Positions 20,430 to 29,204 of a DNA stretch of 64,000 nucleotides are shown piece by piece (position 1 is the first letter of the stretch; each line of letters begins with the position of its first letter). The notes beneath the pieces are model-generated. The model did not search any database. It saw only the letters and a list, made by a program, of their open reading frames with translations, and was not told the origin of the DNA. Source of the DNA: an uncultured Gammaproteobacteria bacterium (GTDB lineage: Bacteria; Patescibacteriota; Patescibacteriia; S139-126); NCBI GenBank assembly GCA_964540695.1, contig CAZINS010000001.1, positions 156,826 through 220,825 of the forward strand. The letters are read 5' to 3'. A program made the position numbers and the translations under genes.

Positions 20430-23425
20430 GTTTTTTCAATACCCAACCAAATTTTTTCCTCAGCAAATTTTATTTCTTTGCTGTCTAAATTATCCTTATG
20501 TGCAAATACTATTTGTTTACTTAAAGTAGAGCTATTAATCATCTCTTCTACTTCTGCAATTGACTGTTCTAACTGATTGGAAACATCTATGTATAAAATA
20601 ATCTTATCCGTAATAGTCAAACCCGCTTGTTTACGTAAATTATTGACAGTTCTAACCAATTCTCTCACCAAACCTGCTTTAGCTAAATTTTCATCAATCG
20701 TAGTATTTAATTTTATTTCACTAGCACCCAAACTAACATTAATTACATTTACCTCTTGTCGCAAAATTTCAAGATATTGTTCAGAAAAATCTTTTTGTTT
20801 AATAAACAACTCTGCCAATGGTTGCCTAACTTTTATTTTAGCTTCCGCCCGTAAAGCTAAAGCTTGGGTAACAATATCTCTTACTTGATTCATGGTCTGT
20901 AACATTTCAGTTTCAGCCGCGGTTTTTTCATTGACTTGCGGCCAAGCAGATAAATGGACTGAAAAAGCAAATTCGTTTTCTTTAACTGGACAATCTTTTA
21001 TTAATTCTTGATAAATTTTTTCTGCTAAAAATGGTGTAAAAGGTGCTAATAATTTAGTTAATTCCAATAACACAAATCCTAATGTTTTTACAGCTTGTGC
21101 TTGTGTTTCTCCACCAGCTTTAAAACGATCACGACTGCGTCTCACATACCAAGTAGATAAATCATTGATAAAATCAGATAACATTCTCGCCGCAGATGTA
21201 ATATCATAATTATCTAAATAATTGGTGACAATTCTTGTTACCTCTCGTAAATAAGTTAATATCCACTGATCCAAAAGATCTGGAGAAGGTTCAGTTGGCA
21301 CTGTTTTTACAGCCGGCTTATATAGACTGTAGAAACTAAAAACATTCCATAAAATTAACCAGTTTTTTTTCAATACTTCTTCAACTTGTTGTGGGTCAAA
21401 GTTTTTTGGTTCACCTGGTTGATTGATTGTATAAAAATGCCAACGCAGTGCATCTGCACCATAAGAATTCATAATTTCCCATGGATCAACAATATTCCCC
21501 TTGCTTTTAGACATTTTCTTACCGTGTTTATCATTTATATGTCCTAAACAAATCACATTTTTATAAGGACTTTCCTGATCAAGTAAAGTGGCAACAGCCA
21601 GTAAAGTATAAAACCAACCACGGGTTTGATCGATGGCTTCACAAATAAAATCAGCTGGATACCATTTTTTATTATCAATCAAATCTTTATTGTCAAAAGG
21701 ATAATGAATTTGAGCAAATGGCATAGCCCCAGAGTCAAACCAACAATCAAGTACTGCAGTGTCTCGTACCATTTCCCCACCACACTGATCACATTTTATT
21801 TTAATATCATCAACAAAAGGACGATGAGCATCGGTAATTTTTTGTCCACTCAATTTTTCTAACTCGTCAAACGAACCAATTACTTTGATACTTCTGCATT
21901 CTACTTGATTCTTAATTCTCAATTCTTTATTCTGATTGGCTTGGCACTTCCAAATTGGCAATGGCGTTCCCCAATACCGTTCCCGGGATATGGCCCAATC
22001 CTTAACCCCCTCTAACCATTCACCAAACCGACCAAATTTAATATGATCAGGTAGCCAATTAATATTTTGATTATTTGTTTTTAACTGTTCACGTAACGAA
22101 GACATTTTAATAAACCAAGAATCCTTAGCATAATATAAAAGCGGAGTATCGCAACGCCAACAAAATGGGTAATCATGCTGATAAGACTCTTGACCAAACA
22201 ATAATTTTTGTTCTTGTAAATAATTAATAATTATTTTTTCTGTCTCAGAATCTTTGACAAATCTGTTTTGTAAAATTTCTAGAATCTTAAATTTTGAATT
22301 TTGAATCTGAAAAGAAAAATTACCGTTTTCATTGACTGTATGTACTTTGGGTAGTCCCACTGCTTCACCTAAGTTATAATCATCCTCACCATACATTACT
22401 GCTGTGTGTACTACTCCTGTACCATCCTCAGTAGTAACAAAATCAGCTGGATATATTTTATATGCATTTTTATAATTCTCTACTGTTTCTGAAATCGCAC
22501 CCGGAAATAGAGGTTCATATTCTACTCCAACCAATTCACTACCTTTAAACTCTTCTAAAATCTCAAACTCAGTCTGACCTAATATATTCAATCTCGCTTT
22601 GGCAATAATCAAATCTTCCTTAATTCTTAATTCGTCATTCTTAATTCTAATTTTGACATAGTCAAAATCATTACCGATTGCCAAAGCCACATTACCCGGT
22701 AAGGTCCAAGGAGTAGTTGTCCAAGAAAGAATATAGAGCGGAACATCACTATTATCTTCACCTTTAATTCTTACTTCGTCATTCTTAATTCTGAATTTTA
22801 TATAAACAGATTCATCCTTAACCTCCCGATACCCTTGAGCGACTTCATGGCTAGAAAGAGCGGTGCCACAACGTGGACAATGTGGAACTACTTTATGACC
22901 CAAATATAATAATTGTTTATCATGAACCTGTTTGATTATCCACCACAACGTTTCAATATAATCATTGGTATAAGTTATATAGGGTTTATCCATATCAATC
23001 CAAAAACCCATTCTCCTGGTCAATTTTTCCCATTCTTCTTTATATTGCCAAACTGATTCCTGACACTTGGCATTAAAAAACTTTATTGACTCAGCTACTG
23101 AACTTTGTAAAGCTTCAATTTGTGGTTTACCTGATATTCCTAAATGCTTTTCCACCGCTAGCTCCACTGGCAAACCATGAGTATCCCATCCTGCTTTTCT
23201 ATTTACATGAAAACCTTGCATGGTTTTATAACGAGGTATCAAATCTTTAAATGCTCGAGCCAAGACATGATGAATACCAGGACGACCGTTGGCAGTTGGT
23301 GGGCCTTCATAAAATACAAACTCACCCTTAGGAGAATCTTTCTCCAGGGACTTAGTAAATATTTTTTCTTTTTCCCAAAATTCTAAAATTTCTTGTTCTA
23401 ATTCGGGAAAATTTATTTGAGTCAT
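20426..23425 (-). CDS. ileS: Isoleucyl-tRNA synthetase
   Basis: Class I HIGH-like PTANGRPGIHH, KMSKS, WTTTPWTLP editing-domain motif, zinc-knuckle Cys pairs. ATG start MTQINFPELEQ at 23423-23425 preferred over the TTG at 23476 used by the ORF track. Confidence 0.9.
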   Translation of the reverse strand: MTQINFPELEQEILEFWEKEKIFTKSLEKDSPKGEFVFYEGPPTANGRPGIHHVLARAFKDLIPRYKTMQGFHVNRKAGWDTHGLPVELAVEKHLGISGKPQIEALQSSVAESIKFFNAKCQESVWQYKEEWEKLTRRMGFWIDMDKPYITYTNDYIETLWWIIKQVHDKQLLYLGHKVVPHCPRCGTALSSHEVAQGYREVKDESVYIKFRIKNDEVRIKGEDNSDVPLYILSWTTTPWTLPGNVALAIGNDFDYVKIRIKNDELRIKEDLIIAKARLNILGQTEFEILEEFKGSELVGVEYEPLFPGAISETVENYKNAYKIYPADFVTTEDGTGVVHTAVMYGEDDYNLGEAVGLPKVHTVNENGNFSFQIQNSKFKILEILQNRFVKDSETEKIIINYLQEQKLLFGQESYQHDYPFCWRCDTPLLYYAKDSWFIKMSSLREQLKTNNQNINWLPDHIKFGRFGEWLEGVKDWAISRERYWGTPLPIWKCQANQNKELRIKNQVECRSIKVIGSFDELEKLSGQKITDAHRPFVDDIKIKCDQCGGEMVRDTAVLDCWFDSGAMPFAQIHYPFDNKDLIDNKKWYPADFICEAIDQTRGWFYTLLAVATLLDQESPYKNVICLGHINDKHGKKMSKSKGNIVDPWEIMNSYGADALRWHFYTINQPGEPKNFDPQQVEEVLKKNWLILWNVFSFYSLYKPAVKTVPTEPSPDLLDQWILTYLREVTRIVTNYLDNYDITSAARMLSDFINDLSTWYVRRSRDRFKAGGETQAQAVKTLGFVLLELTKLLAPFTPFLAEKIYQELIKDCPVKENEFAFSVHLSAWPQVNEKTAAETEMLQTMNQVRDIVTQALALRAEAKIKVRQPLAELFIKQKDFSEQYLEILRQEVNVINVSLGASEIKLNTTIDENLAKAGLVRELVRTVNNLRKQAGLTITDKIILYIDVSNQLEQSIAEVEEMINSSTLSKQIVFAHKDNLDSKEIKFAEEKIWLGIEKT

Positions 23426-23566
23426 AAGCAAATAAATATAATTGGAATGTATAAATTGTATTGAAAAAACAAGCAAAAGTCAATTTTACTATCCTAAACA
23501 ACAAAATAAATAAAGTCCGCACTAAGTGCGGACTTTACTGTAAATTCAAAAATTATATATTCTCTC

Positions 23567-24058
23567 TTACTGCTGTGAATTCTTATAATTGGTAATTGCT
23601 TCCACGACTCGACTATCAGCTTTTAAATCTTCTACAAACAGTACATGGGCACCATTTATTCGCATTTCATCTTTTGGACCATGCAACTCATTACCCAGTT
23701 TCACCAAAGACAATTCATTCTGTACTTGGGCTTGTTGTTGTTGATCTCCAGATGTTTGCAAAGGTTGGGTTACTTGTAAATAATAAATGTCCCTTAATAA
23801 TACACTCTTACTATTTTCTTTAACCACTTTACCAAAATAAACTTGGCCATTGGTTAAAAAGACTGCTTGCCAATTATTGTTGCTGCCAGATAGCCCCAAA
23901 ACATTGAAACGGCTGTATTTAGAAATAAAATACAAACCCAAAACTATGATTAGAGCAATTACTACAACCACAATAACCCATTTAACAAAACTACCACCAG
24001 AACTAGCTGGTTTTTGAAAAGCAGCACTCTCTCCTGCTTTGGTTGTGTTTGGTTCCAT
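23567..24058 (-). CDS. membrane-anchored hypothetical protein
   Basis: 163 aa, N-terminal TM (WVIVVVVIALIIVLGLYFI) then soluble domain; terminator hairpin aaagtccgcac...gtgcggacttt downstream. Confidence 0.45.
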   Translation of the reverse strand: MEPNTTKAGESAAFQKPASSGGSFVKWVIVVVVIALIIVLGLYFISKYSRFNVLGLSGSNNNWQAVFLTNGQVYFGKVVKENSKSVLLRDIYYLQVTQPLQTSGDQQQQAQVQNELSLVKLGNELHGPKDEMRINGAHVLFVEDLKADSRVVEAITNYKNSQQ

Positions 24059-24163
24059 AATTTCTATGTCCTTTCCCTAAAATTAATTATTAGGATGTTA
24101 ATATTTATAATTTAACTTAAAACTAGTATACCACCTAATTAACAAACAAAGCAAATACTTTTT

Positions 24164-24487
24164 TCACAAAAATTTAGTCATATCTACTTCTTGCCAATCA
24201 TCGTTAGTAGATGATTTTTCATAAAATTTAGCAAATTCTACTGTTTCATCATCTGCATAAACAAATTCTTCTCTGACTCCACTACCAATTCGATTACTAT
24301 AAAAAGTTTTTTTATCCAATACTTTTGGCTTCAGATGCAACTCCGCCCGCATTTCTTTATCACCTGTTTCCCATTCGATAAATTTTATTACCTCACCCGG
24401 TATATCAGTATTAGTTTCACCTTCTGCAATTACGGTAAATTTATTTTTCACCATCTCAATAAAAGTTGGCCATTTTGACTGATTCAT
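24164..24487 (-). CDS. hypothetical protein
   Basis: 107 aa acidic ORF directly downstream of argS. Confidence 0.4.
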   Translation of the reverse strand: MNQSKWPTFIEMVKNKFTVIAEGETNTDIPGEVIKFIEWETGDKEMRAELHLKPKVLDKKTFYSNRIGSGVREEFVYADDETVEFAKFYEKSSTNDDWQEVDMTKFL

Positions 24488-24490
24488 AAG

Positions 24491-26209
24491 TTACATTTTA
24501 TCAACTGGTTTGATATTAAGCAAATCAAGACCACTGGCAATAATTTTAGCTGTTGCTTGAATCAACAATAAACGTTGATTTCTTATTTGTTTTTCTGCTT
24601 TTAACACTGGCACATTTTGATAATAATTATTAGCTAAACTTGCCAATTGATATAAATATTCAGCTAAATGATTGGCTTGTTGTTTTTCATAGTAATGTAA
24701 TGCCACCAGTGGCCACTGACATATTTTTCTTACCAAAATATTTTCTTGTTCAGAAAAATTATACTGCTTGACTTTAGTATTTTTGGCTTTTTGTAAAATA
24801 CGTTTTAACCTCACCAAAGTATACAAAAGATAAGGCCCGGTATTACCTTCTAAACTCAAGGAGGCCTTAGGATCAAAAGTTATGGTAGACTTGGGATTGG
24901 TTTTTAAAAACCAGTATTTAATAGCAGCGATAGCTATAGTTTGAGCTAATTTTTTTTGTTGGTTTAATTTTAATTTTGGTTGCCGTTGTTTTACTTCCTG
25001 CCATGCTTCTTCGGTTAGTTCATTTATTAAATCATCAGCATCAACCACCGTACCCTCACGTGATTTCATTTTCCCTTGGGGTAATAACACTTGCCCGTAA
25101 GGATAATGCTGGCACTTAACTTGCCAATCATAACCTAAAATTTCCAATAACTTAAATAAGACTTTAAAATGATATAGTTGCTCATCACCCACCACATATA
25201 TCATTTTTGTAAAATTATAATCTTTAAATCTTTTAACAGCCAAATATATATCCTGGGTAATATAAACCGTGGTACCATCAGCTCTTAGTAAAATTTTTTC
25301 TCCACTATCACGTCCCCCTAAACCATAAGTACTTAAATCTACCACCATGGCACCAGCGGAATTACTTTTTACTAACCCTTGCTTAGCTGCTTGAGTAATT
25401 ATTTCTCTACCCTGATTATAAAGTTTACTTTCATAATAAATCTGATCAAACTCTGAGCCATATACTCTATACGTCTCTGTCCAGCCTTTTATAACCCAAG
25501 AATTCATTTTCCGCCATAAAGAAATTATTTTTTTATCTTTCTTCTCCCAAGCTTGTAATAATCCTCTGGCTTCAGTAATTAAATCAGGGTTAGTTTTTTC
25601 CTCTTGATTATATTTAACATACAGATCACCAACAAACTTATCTCCTTTAATCTGTACACTTTGTGGAGTTTTATTATTTCCCCATTTAAGATAAGCCAGC
25701 AAACTTTTCATAATATGAATACCGCGGTCATTGATAACTTCTGTTTTTATTACCTGGTAACCGAAAAATTCATAAATTTTTGCCAAACTCATACCTATAG
25801 CATCATTACGTAAATGTCCCAAGTGTAAGGGTTTATTGGTGTTGGGTGATGAATATTCTATAACTACTTTTTTCTTACTACCTATATTTATTTGACCGAA
25901 TTTTTTTTCCTGAGCTGCTTGATTAACATATTTGATCAGTTGTTGTGGTGATAAGAAAAAATTGATAAATCCTTGGCCGGCAACTTTTACTTCTATATTA
26001 TTTTCTCTTAACCAACTAGTTTGCGATAATTTCTCAGCTAAATCTGTAGCTACTTGCTGGGGATTTTTTTTCTCTTGACGAGCAATGATTAAAGCTATAT
26101 TTGTACTTAAATCACCAAAATCATTGGTGGGAGGAGTCTCCAAAACAAACTCCTCTTGCCCAGTCAAAAGTTTAATTTCATTTTTCAATTGTGAGTAAAA
26201 TGTAATCAT
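24491..26209 (-). CDS. argS: Arginyl-tRNA synthetase
   Basis: 572 aa, HLGHLRN (HIGH-class motif), Arg_tRNA_synt N-domain and DALR anticodon-binding region ending in M. Confidence 0.85.
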   Translation of the reverse strand: MITFYSQLKNEIKLLTGQEEFVLETPPTNDFGDLSTNIALIIARQEKKNPQQVATDLAEKLSQTSWLRENNIEVKVAGQGFINFFLSPQQLIKYVNQAAQEKKFGQINIGSKKKVVIEYSSPNTNKPLHLGHLRNDAIGMSLAKIYEFFGYQVIKTEVINDRGIHIMKSLLAYLKWGNNKTPQSVQIKGDKFVGDLYVKYNQEEKTNPDLITEARGLLQAWEKKDKKIISLWRKMNSWVIKGWTETYRVYGSEFDQIYYESKLYNQGREIITQAAKQGLVKSNSAGAMVVDLSTYGLGGRDSGEKILLRADGTTVYITQDIYLAVKRFKDYNFTKMIYVVGDEQLYHFKVLFKLLEILGYDWQVKCQHYPYGQVLLPQGKMKSREGTVVDADDLINELTEEAWQEVKQRQPKLKLNQQKKLAQTIAIAAIKYWFLKTNPKSTITFDPKASLSLEGNTGPYLLYTLVRLKRILQKAKNTKVKQYNFSEQENILVRKICQWPLVALHYYEKQQANHLAEYLYQLASLANNYYQNVPVLKAEKQIRNQRLLLIQATAKIIASGLDLLNIKPVDKM

Positions 26210-26293
26210 CTTGATTTTATAGTAATGATTTTAGGTAAAATCAGCAAGCTGGCTAAGTTTGTTAGCCAGGTAATATTCCTATACAATAAAGTT

Positions 26294-26740
26294 ATGGAAA
26301 TATTAACCAACAAACAAGCTTTATTCAATTATCTACCTTTACAAAAAATAGAGGCGGGGCTTGTTTTGACCGGGCCGGAAGTAAAATCAGTTAAAATGAA
26401 AAGAGTTGATTTTAAAGGTAGTTATGTGACTATCAAAGATAATCATGCCTGGCTGGTAGGACTACATGTTGCCCCATATCAACCAGCTGGTGGTGTACAA
26501 AAAAACTATGAACCAAAAAGACAAAGAAAACTACTTTTAACTAAAAAAGAAATTAATCTCATCCGGGGACAACTGACCAATAAAGGATTGACAGTTGTCC
26601 CTTTGCGGCTATATACTACCAGGGGTCTGGTGAAACTGGAACTAGCAATAGTCCGTGGTAAAAAACAATTTGATAAAAAAGAAACAATAAAAAAAAGAGA
26701 TACCGACCGCGATATCAGACGCACTTTGAAAGAATACTAG
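26294..26740 (+). CDS. smpB: SsrA-binding protein SmpB
   Basis: MEILTNKQALFNYLPLQKIEAGLVLTGPEVKSVK...matches the SmpB fold; basic C-terminal tail. The ORF-track start 26225 adds 23 non-conserved residues, so the internal ATG is preferred. Lies directly upstream of tmRNA. Confidence 0.8.
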   Translation: MEILTNKQALFNYLPLQKIEAGLVLTGPEVKSVKMKRVDFKGSYVTIKDNHAWLVGLHVAPYQPAGGVQKNYEPKRQRKLLLTKKEINLIRGQLTNKGLTVVPLRLYTTRGLVKLELAIVRGKKQFDKKETIKKRDTDRDIRRTLKEY

Positions 26741-26744
26741 CTTA

Positions 26745-26760
26745 ATTACTAATTAGTAAT
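26745..26760. repeat. Perfect 16 bp palindrome ATTACTAATTAGTAAT, 5 bp after the smpB stop
   Basis: Self-complementary on inspection; possible protein-binding site between smpB and ssrA. Confidence 0.5.
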
Positions 26761-26769
26761 GACTAATAT

Positions 26770-26840
26770 CTAATGAATTTTCTAATTAGTTAATTAATAA
26801 ATTAAATCATTTATTAATAATTAGTTATTAGTAATTTTAT
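26770..26840 (+). repeat. AT-rich direct repeat copy A (partner at 28669-28737)
   Basis: ctaatgaatt...ttaaatcatttattaataattagttattagtaattttat aligns at about 85 percent identity with the copy downstream of rplT. Confidence 0.6.
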
Positions 26841-26842
26841 CC

Positions 26843-27218
26843 GGGGATGTCATCTATTCGCTAAGAAAGTAGAGACGTATGTTCAAGCTGAGCGGCAACT
26901 CATTAAACTACCACAACTATAAGTGCCAATACACTTATGAGCAAAATTAGGAACGCTTTTGCGCTACCTAACTTTGCACTTGCTGTTGCCTAATTAGGCC
27001 ACAGCCATCGCTGAAGTCTGGCTCCAAGATTTCTTAAGCGGTGTCATAACTGGAGCTTGAACGCCGATACGCTGACTATTGTCGTTTGAAATATTGCTCA
27101 GCACCACCAAAAAGTTTTCGCCTGATTTTATCTTTTTGGTTTACCAATCAGGCTAAGTTTGTAAATCATGCGTTAAAACTTTTTTACCACGTGGGTGCAA
27201 AGCCCACCATCTCCACCA
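26843..27218 (+). ncRNA. ssrA: tmRNA (SsrA), one-piece
   Basis: 5' GGGGAUG pairs with 3' CAUCUCC, including a G3:U wobble (alanine identity element). T-arm GUGGG-UGCAAAG-CCCAC, discriminator A, encoded CCA at 27216-27218. Internal tag ORF ends ...PNFALAVA-UAA at 26991-26993. Immediately downstream of smpB. Confidence 0.8.
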
Positions 27219-27379
27219 AACTAAGCTTGGTAATTGGGGAGCTTAACTTCCCACCATCAAATTTTTAATTTTATAATTTTTAATTTTATAATTTTTAAAC
27301 TACTCTTCATATATAAGTACTCTGGCCACAAATACTTAAATTTTATATAATATAATTATAATCATTAACCCTCAAATTT

Positions 27380-27886
27380 ATTCAAAAATTTAGAATCAAT
27401 CAACAAATAAACCTACCAGAAGTCCGTCTAGTAGGAGCCGACGGAGAACAGTTAGGCGTAGTTTCTACGGTAGAAGCCCTACGTCAAGCCAGAGAAGCGG
27501 GACTGGATTTGGTTGAAGTATCACCTAAAGCAGAAATACCTGTCTGTCGTATCTTAGACTACGGTCAATGGATTTATAACCAAAATAAGCTACAACAAAA
27601 AGCTAAGGTCAAAAGCAGAAAATCAGAAATTAAAGGAGTAAGACTTACTTACAATATGGGAAGCCACGACTTAGAAGTCAGAGCCAACCAGGCAAGTAAA
27701 TTTTTAAATCAAGGCGATCGAGTCAAAACTGAAATTATTCTTAAAGGTAGACAAAAGGCTCATCCTGAAAAAGTAAAAGAAATAATGATGAAATTTCAAT
27801 CTATGCTTGGTACAAATATTAGAGTGGACCAAGAACCTACACGCGAAAGCAATAAATTTACAGCCCTTTACTCCTTAAAAAAATAA
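27380..27886 (+). CDS. infC: Translation initiation factor IF-3, probable AUU start
   Basis: Upstream of the ORF-track segment the frame stays open to a TAA at 27359-27361 and encodes the conserved IF3 N-terminus INQQINLPEVRLVGADGEQLGVVSTVEALRQAREAGLDLVEV. No in-frame ATG exists, so the in-frame ATT at 27380 matches the AUU start known for infC. Confidence 0.7.
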   Translation: MQKFRINQQINLPEVRLVGADGEQLGVVSTVEALRQAREAGLDLVEVSPKAEIPVCRILDYGQWIYNQNKLQQKAKVKSRKSEIKGVRLTYNMGSHDLEVRANQASKFLNQGDRVKTEIILKGRQKAHPEKVKEIMMKFQSMLGTNIRVDQEPTRESNKFTALYSLKK

Positions 27887-27897
27887 AGCTTTATTGC

Positions 27898-27926
27898 TTG
27901 ACACTATTTATTTAATACTTTATTAT
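27898..27926 (+). promoter_or_regulatory. Candidate promoter for rpmI-rplT (TTGACA-17-TATTAT) followed by a leader hairpin
   Basis: -35 TTGACA 27898-27903, 17 nt spacer, -10 TATTAT 27921-27926. An imperfect hairpin aaatcctgtcccac/gtgggattt at 27929-27962 precedes ATG 27972. Confidence 0.4.
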
Positions 27927-27971
27927 AAATCCTGTCCCACTATTTTGGGTGGGATTTATTCATAAAAAAAG

Positions 27972-28169
27972 ATGCCAAAATTAAAAACACACAAAACAAC
28001 CAATAAGAGAATTAGAGTAAGTAAGAATAAAAAACTGACCCAAAGAACTTCCGGTCAGGATCATTTTAATTCCAGAGAAACTGGCAAAGTAACTCGCAAT
28101 AAAAGACGTGACCATAAAGTAGCCAAGGTAAACGAAAAAAACATTCGCACTCTCCTACCTTATCATTAA
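27972..28169 (+). CDS. rpmI: 50S ribosomal protein L35
   Basis: MPKLKTHKTTNKRIRVSKNKK...65 aa, highly basic, canonical L35 start. Confidence 0.85.
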   Translation: MPKLKTHKTTNKRIRVSKNKKLTQRTSGQDHFNSRETGKVTRNKRRDHKVAKVNEKNIRTLLPYH

Positions 28170-28208
28170 TATCTTAATTCTTAATTCTAGATTCTAAATT
28201 CTAATCAT

Positions 28209-28559
28209 ATGGCCAGAGTTAAAAGAGGCACAACTCATACTAAAAAAAGAAGAAAACTTAGAAAGGCTGTTAAAGGCTATCGCTGGACTCGTAAAAGTGG
28301 TATCCGACAAGCCAAAACTGCTGTGGTTAAAGCCGGAGCATATGCACTAAGAGATAGACGAGCAAAAAAGAGAATTAATCGATCTTTATGGTTGATTAGA
28401 TTGAATGCCGCCGTCCGTGAACGTGGAACTAGTTACTCTAAATTTATCGGGGCAATGAAAAAGAAAAATATTGAACTAGATCGTAAAGTACTATCTGAAC
28501 TAGCAATGAATCACCCACAAATATTTGATCAGATTTTTAAACAAGTAATGGCTGAATAA
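28209..28559 (+). CDS. rplT: 50S ribosomal protein L20
   Basis: MARVKRGTTHTKKRRKLRKAVKGYRW canonical L20 N-terminus; 116 aa; infC-rpmI-rplT order conserved. Confidence 0.9.
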   Translation: MARVKRGTTHTKKRRKLRKAVKGYRWTRKSGIRQAKTAVVKAGAYALRDRRAKKRINRSLWLIRLNAAVRERGTSYSKFIGAMKKKNIELDRKVLSELAMNHPQIFDQIFKQVMAE

Positions 28560-28582
28560 TTTTTTTAAAAACAGAGAGTATA

Positions 28583-28610
28583 AAACCCCGAATCACTTCG
28601 GGGTTTTTTA
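28583..28610 (+). terminator. Rho-independent terminator after rplT
   Basis: aaaaccccgaa tcac ttcggggtttttt. Confidence 0.75.
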
Positions 28611-28668
28611 ATAACCAATTTCCAAGAAACAAGATACTAATAAATTATTAATTTCTAATAACTAATTA

Positions 28669-28737
28669 CTAATGAATTACTAATTATTAAATTAAATCAT
28701 TGATTAATAATTAATAATTAGTTATTAGTAATTTTAT
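28669..28737 (+). repeat. AT-rich direct repeat copy B (partner at 26770-26840)
   Basis: ctaatgaatt...ttaaatcattgattaataattaataattagttattagtaattttat. Confidence 0.6.
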
Positions 28738-29151
28738 GTTCTAATAAATACAATCTTATTATTCAAACATCCAAACTTTTAACAGCTAAAAACAAATCAA
28801 CTATTCCCCCACAACCTTACCCGGTTTTCACTTCTTCTATTACTATAATTCAAATTAAGTCCACGTAAATTTATCGGCTGAATATTTTTCTTATTTCTTT
28901 TCCAAGTAAAAATATTTTGTTTTTTTTCTGACATAAAAATTATTTAAGTTATTTAAACTTAAAATAAAAAGCAGTACGCGCTTAGCGTACTACCCTAATT
29001 TTTATTGCCTGCACTTTATCTTGACAAGATACTTTGATTTTCATATTTTTGTTTTTAATTTTTATTTTTGTGAATTTTATTTAAATTGTTTTATAATTTA
29101 CAATTTTAAATTTATAATTTTTATTACTATATCTTCATTATACAGCATTTT

Positions 29152-29180
29152 TTGCTTTTTGTCAAGAAAAAAGGTATAAT
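29152..29180 (+). promoter_or_regulatory. Candidate promoter for the 29205 gene (TTGCTT-17-TATAAT)
   Basis: -10 TATAAT at 29175-29180 preceded by GG; ATG 25 nt downstream without a Shine-Dalgarno. Confidence 0.4.
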
Positions 29181-29204
29181 AATTTATATAAATAAATTAA
29201 ATTT

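Noticed and set aside
22618-22792. Possible CRISPR array from the repeated TTAATTC-containing units
   Set aside because: Only two to three copies inside a conserved coding sequence and isolated single copies elsewhere. No regular repeat-spacer periodicity and no cas genes.
27086-27268. ORF-track CDS of 60 aa
   Set aside because: Lies wholly inside the 3' half of the tmRNA gene and starts with TTG. Spurious.
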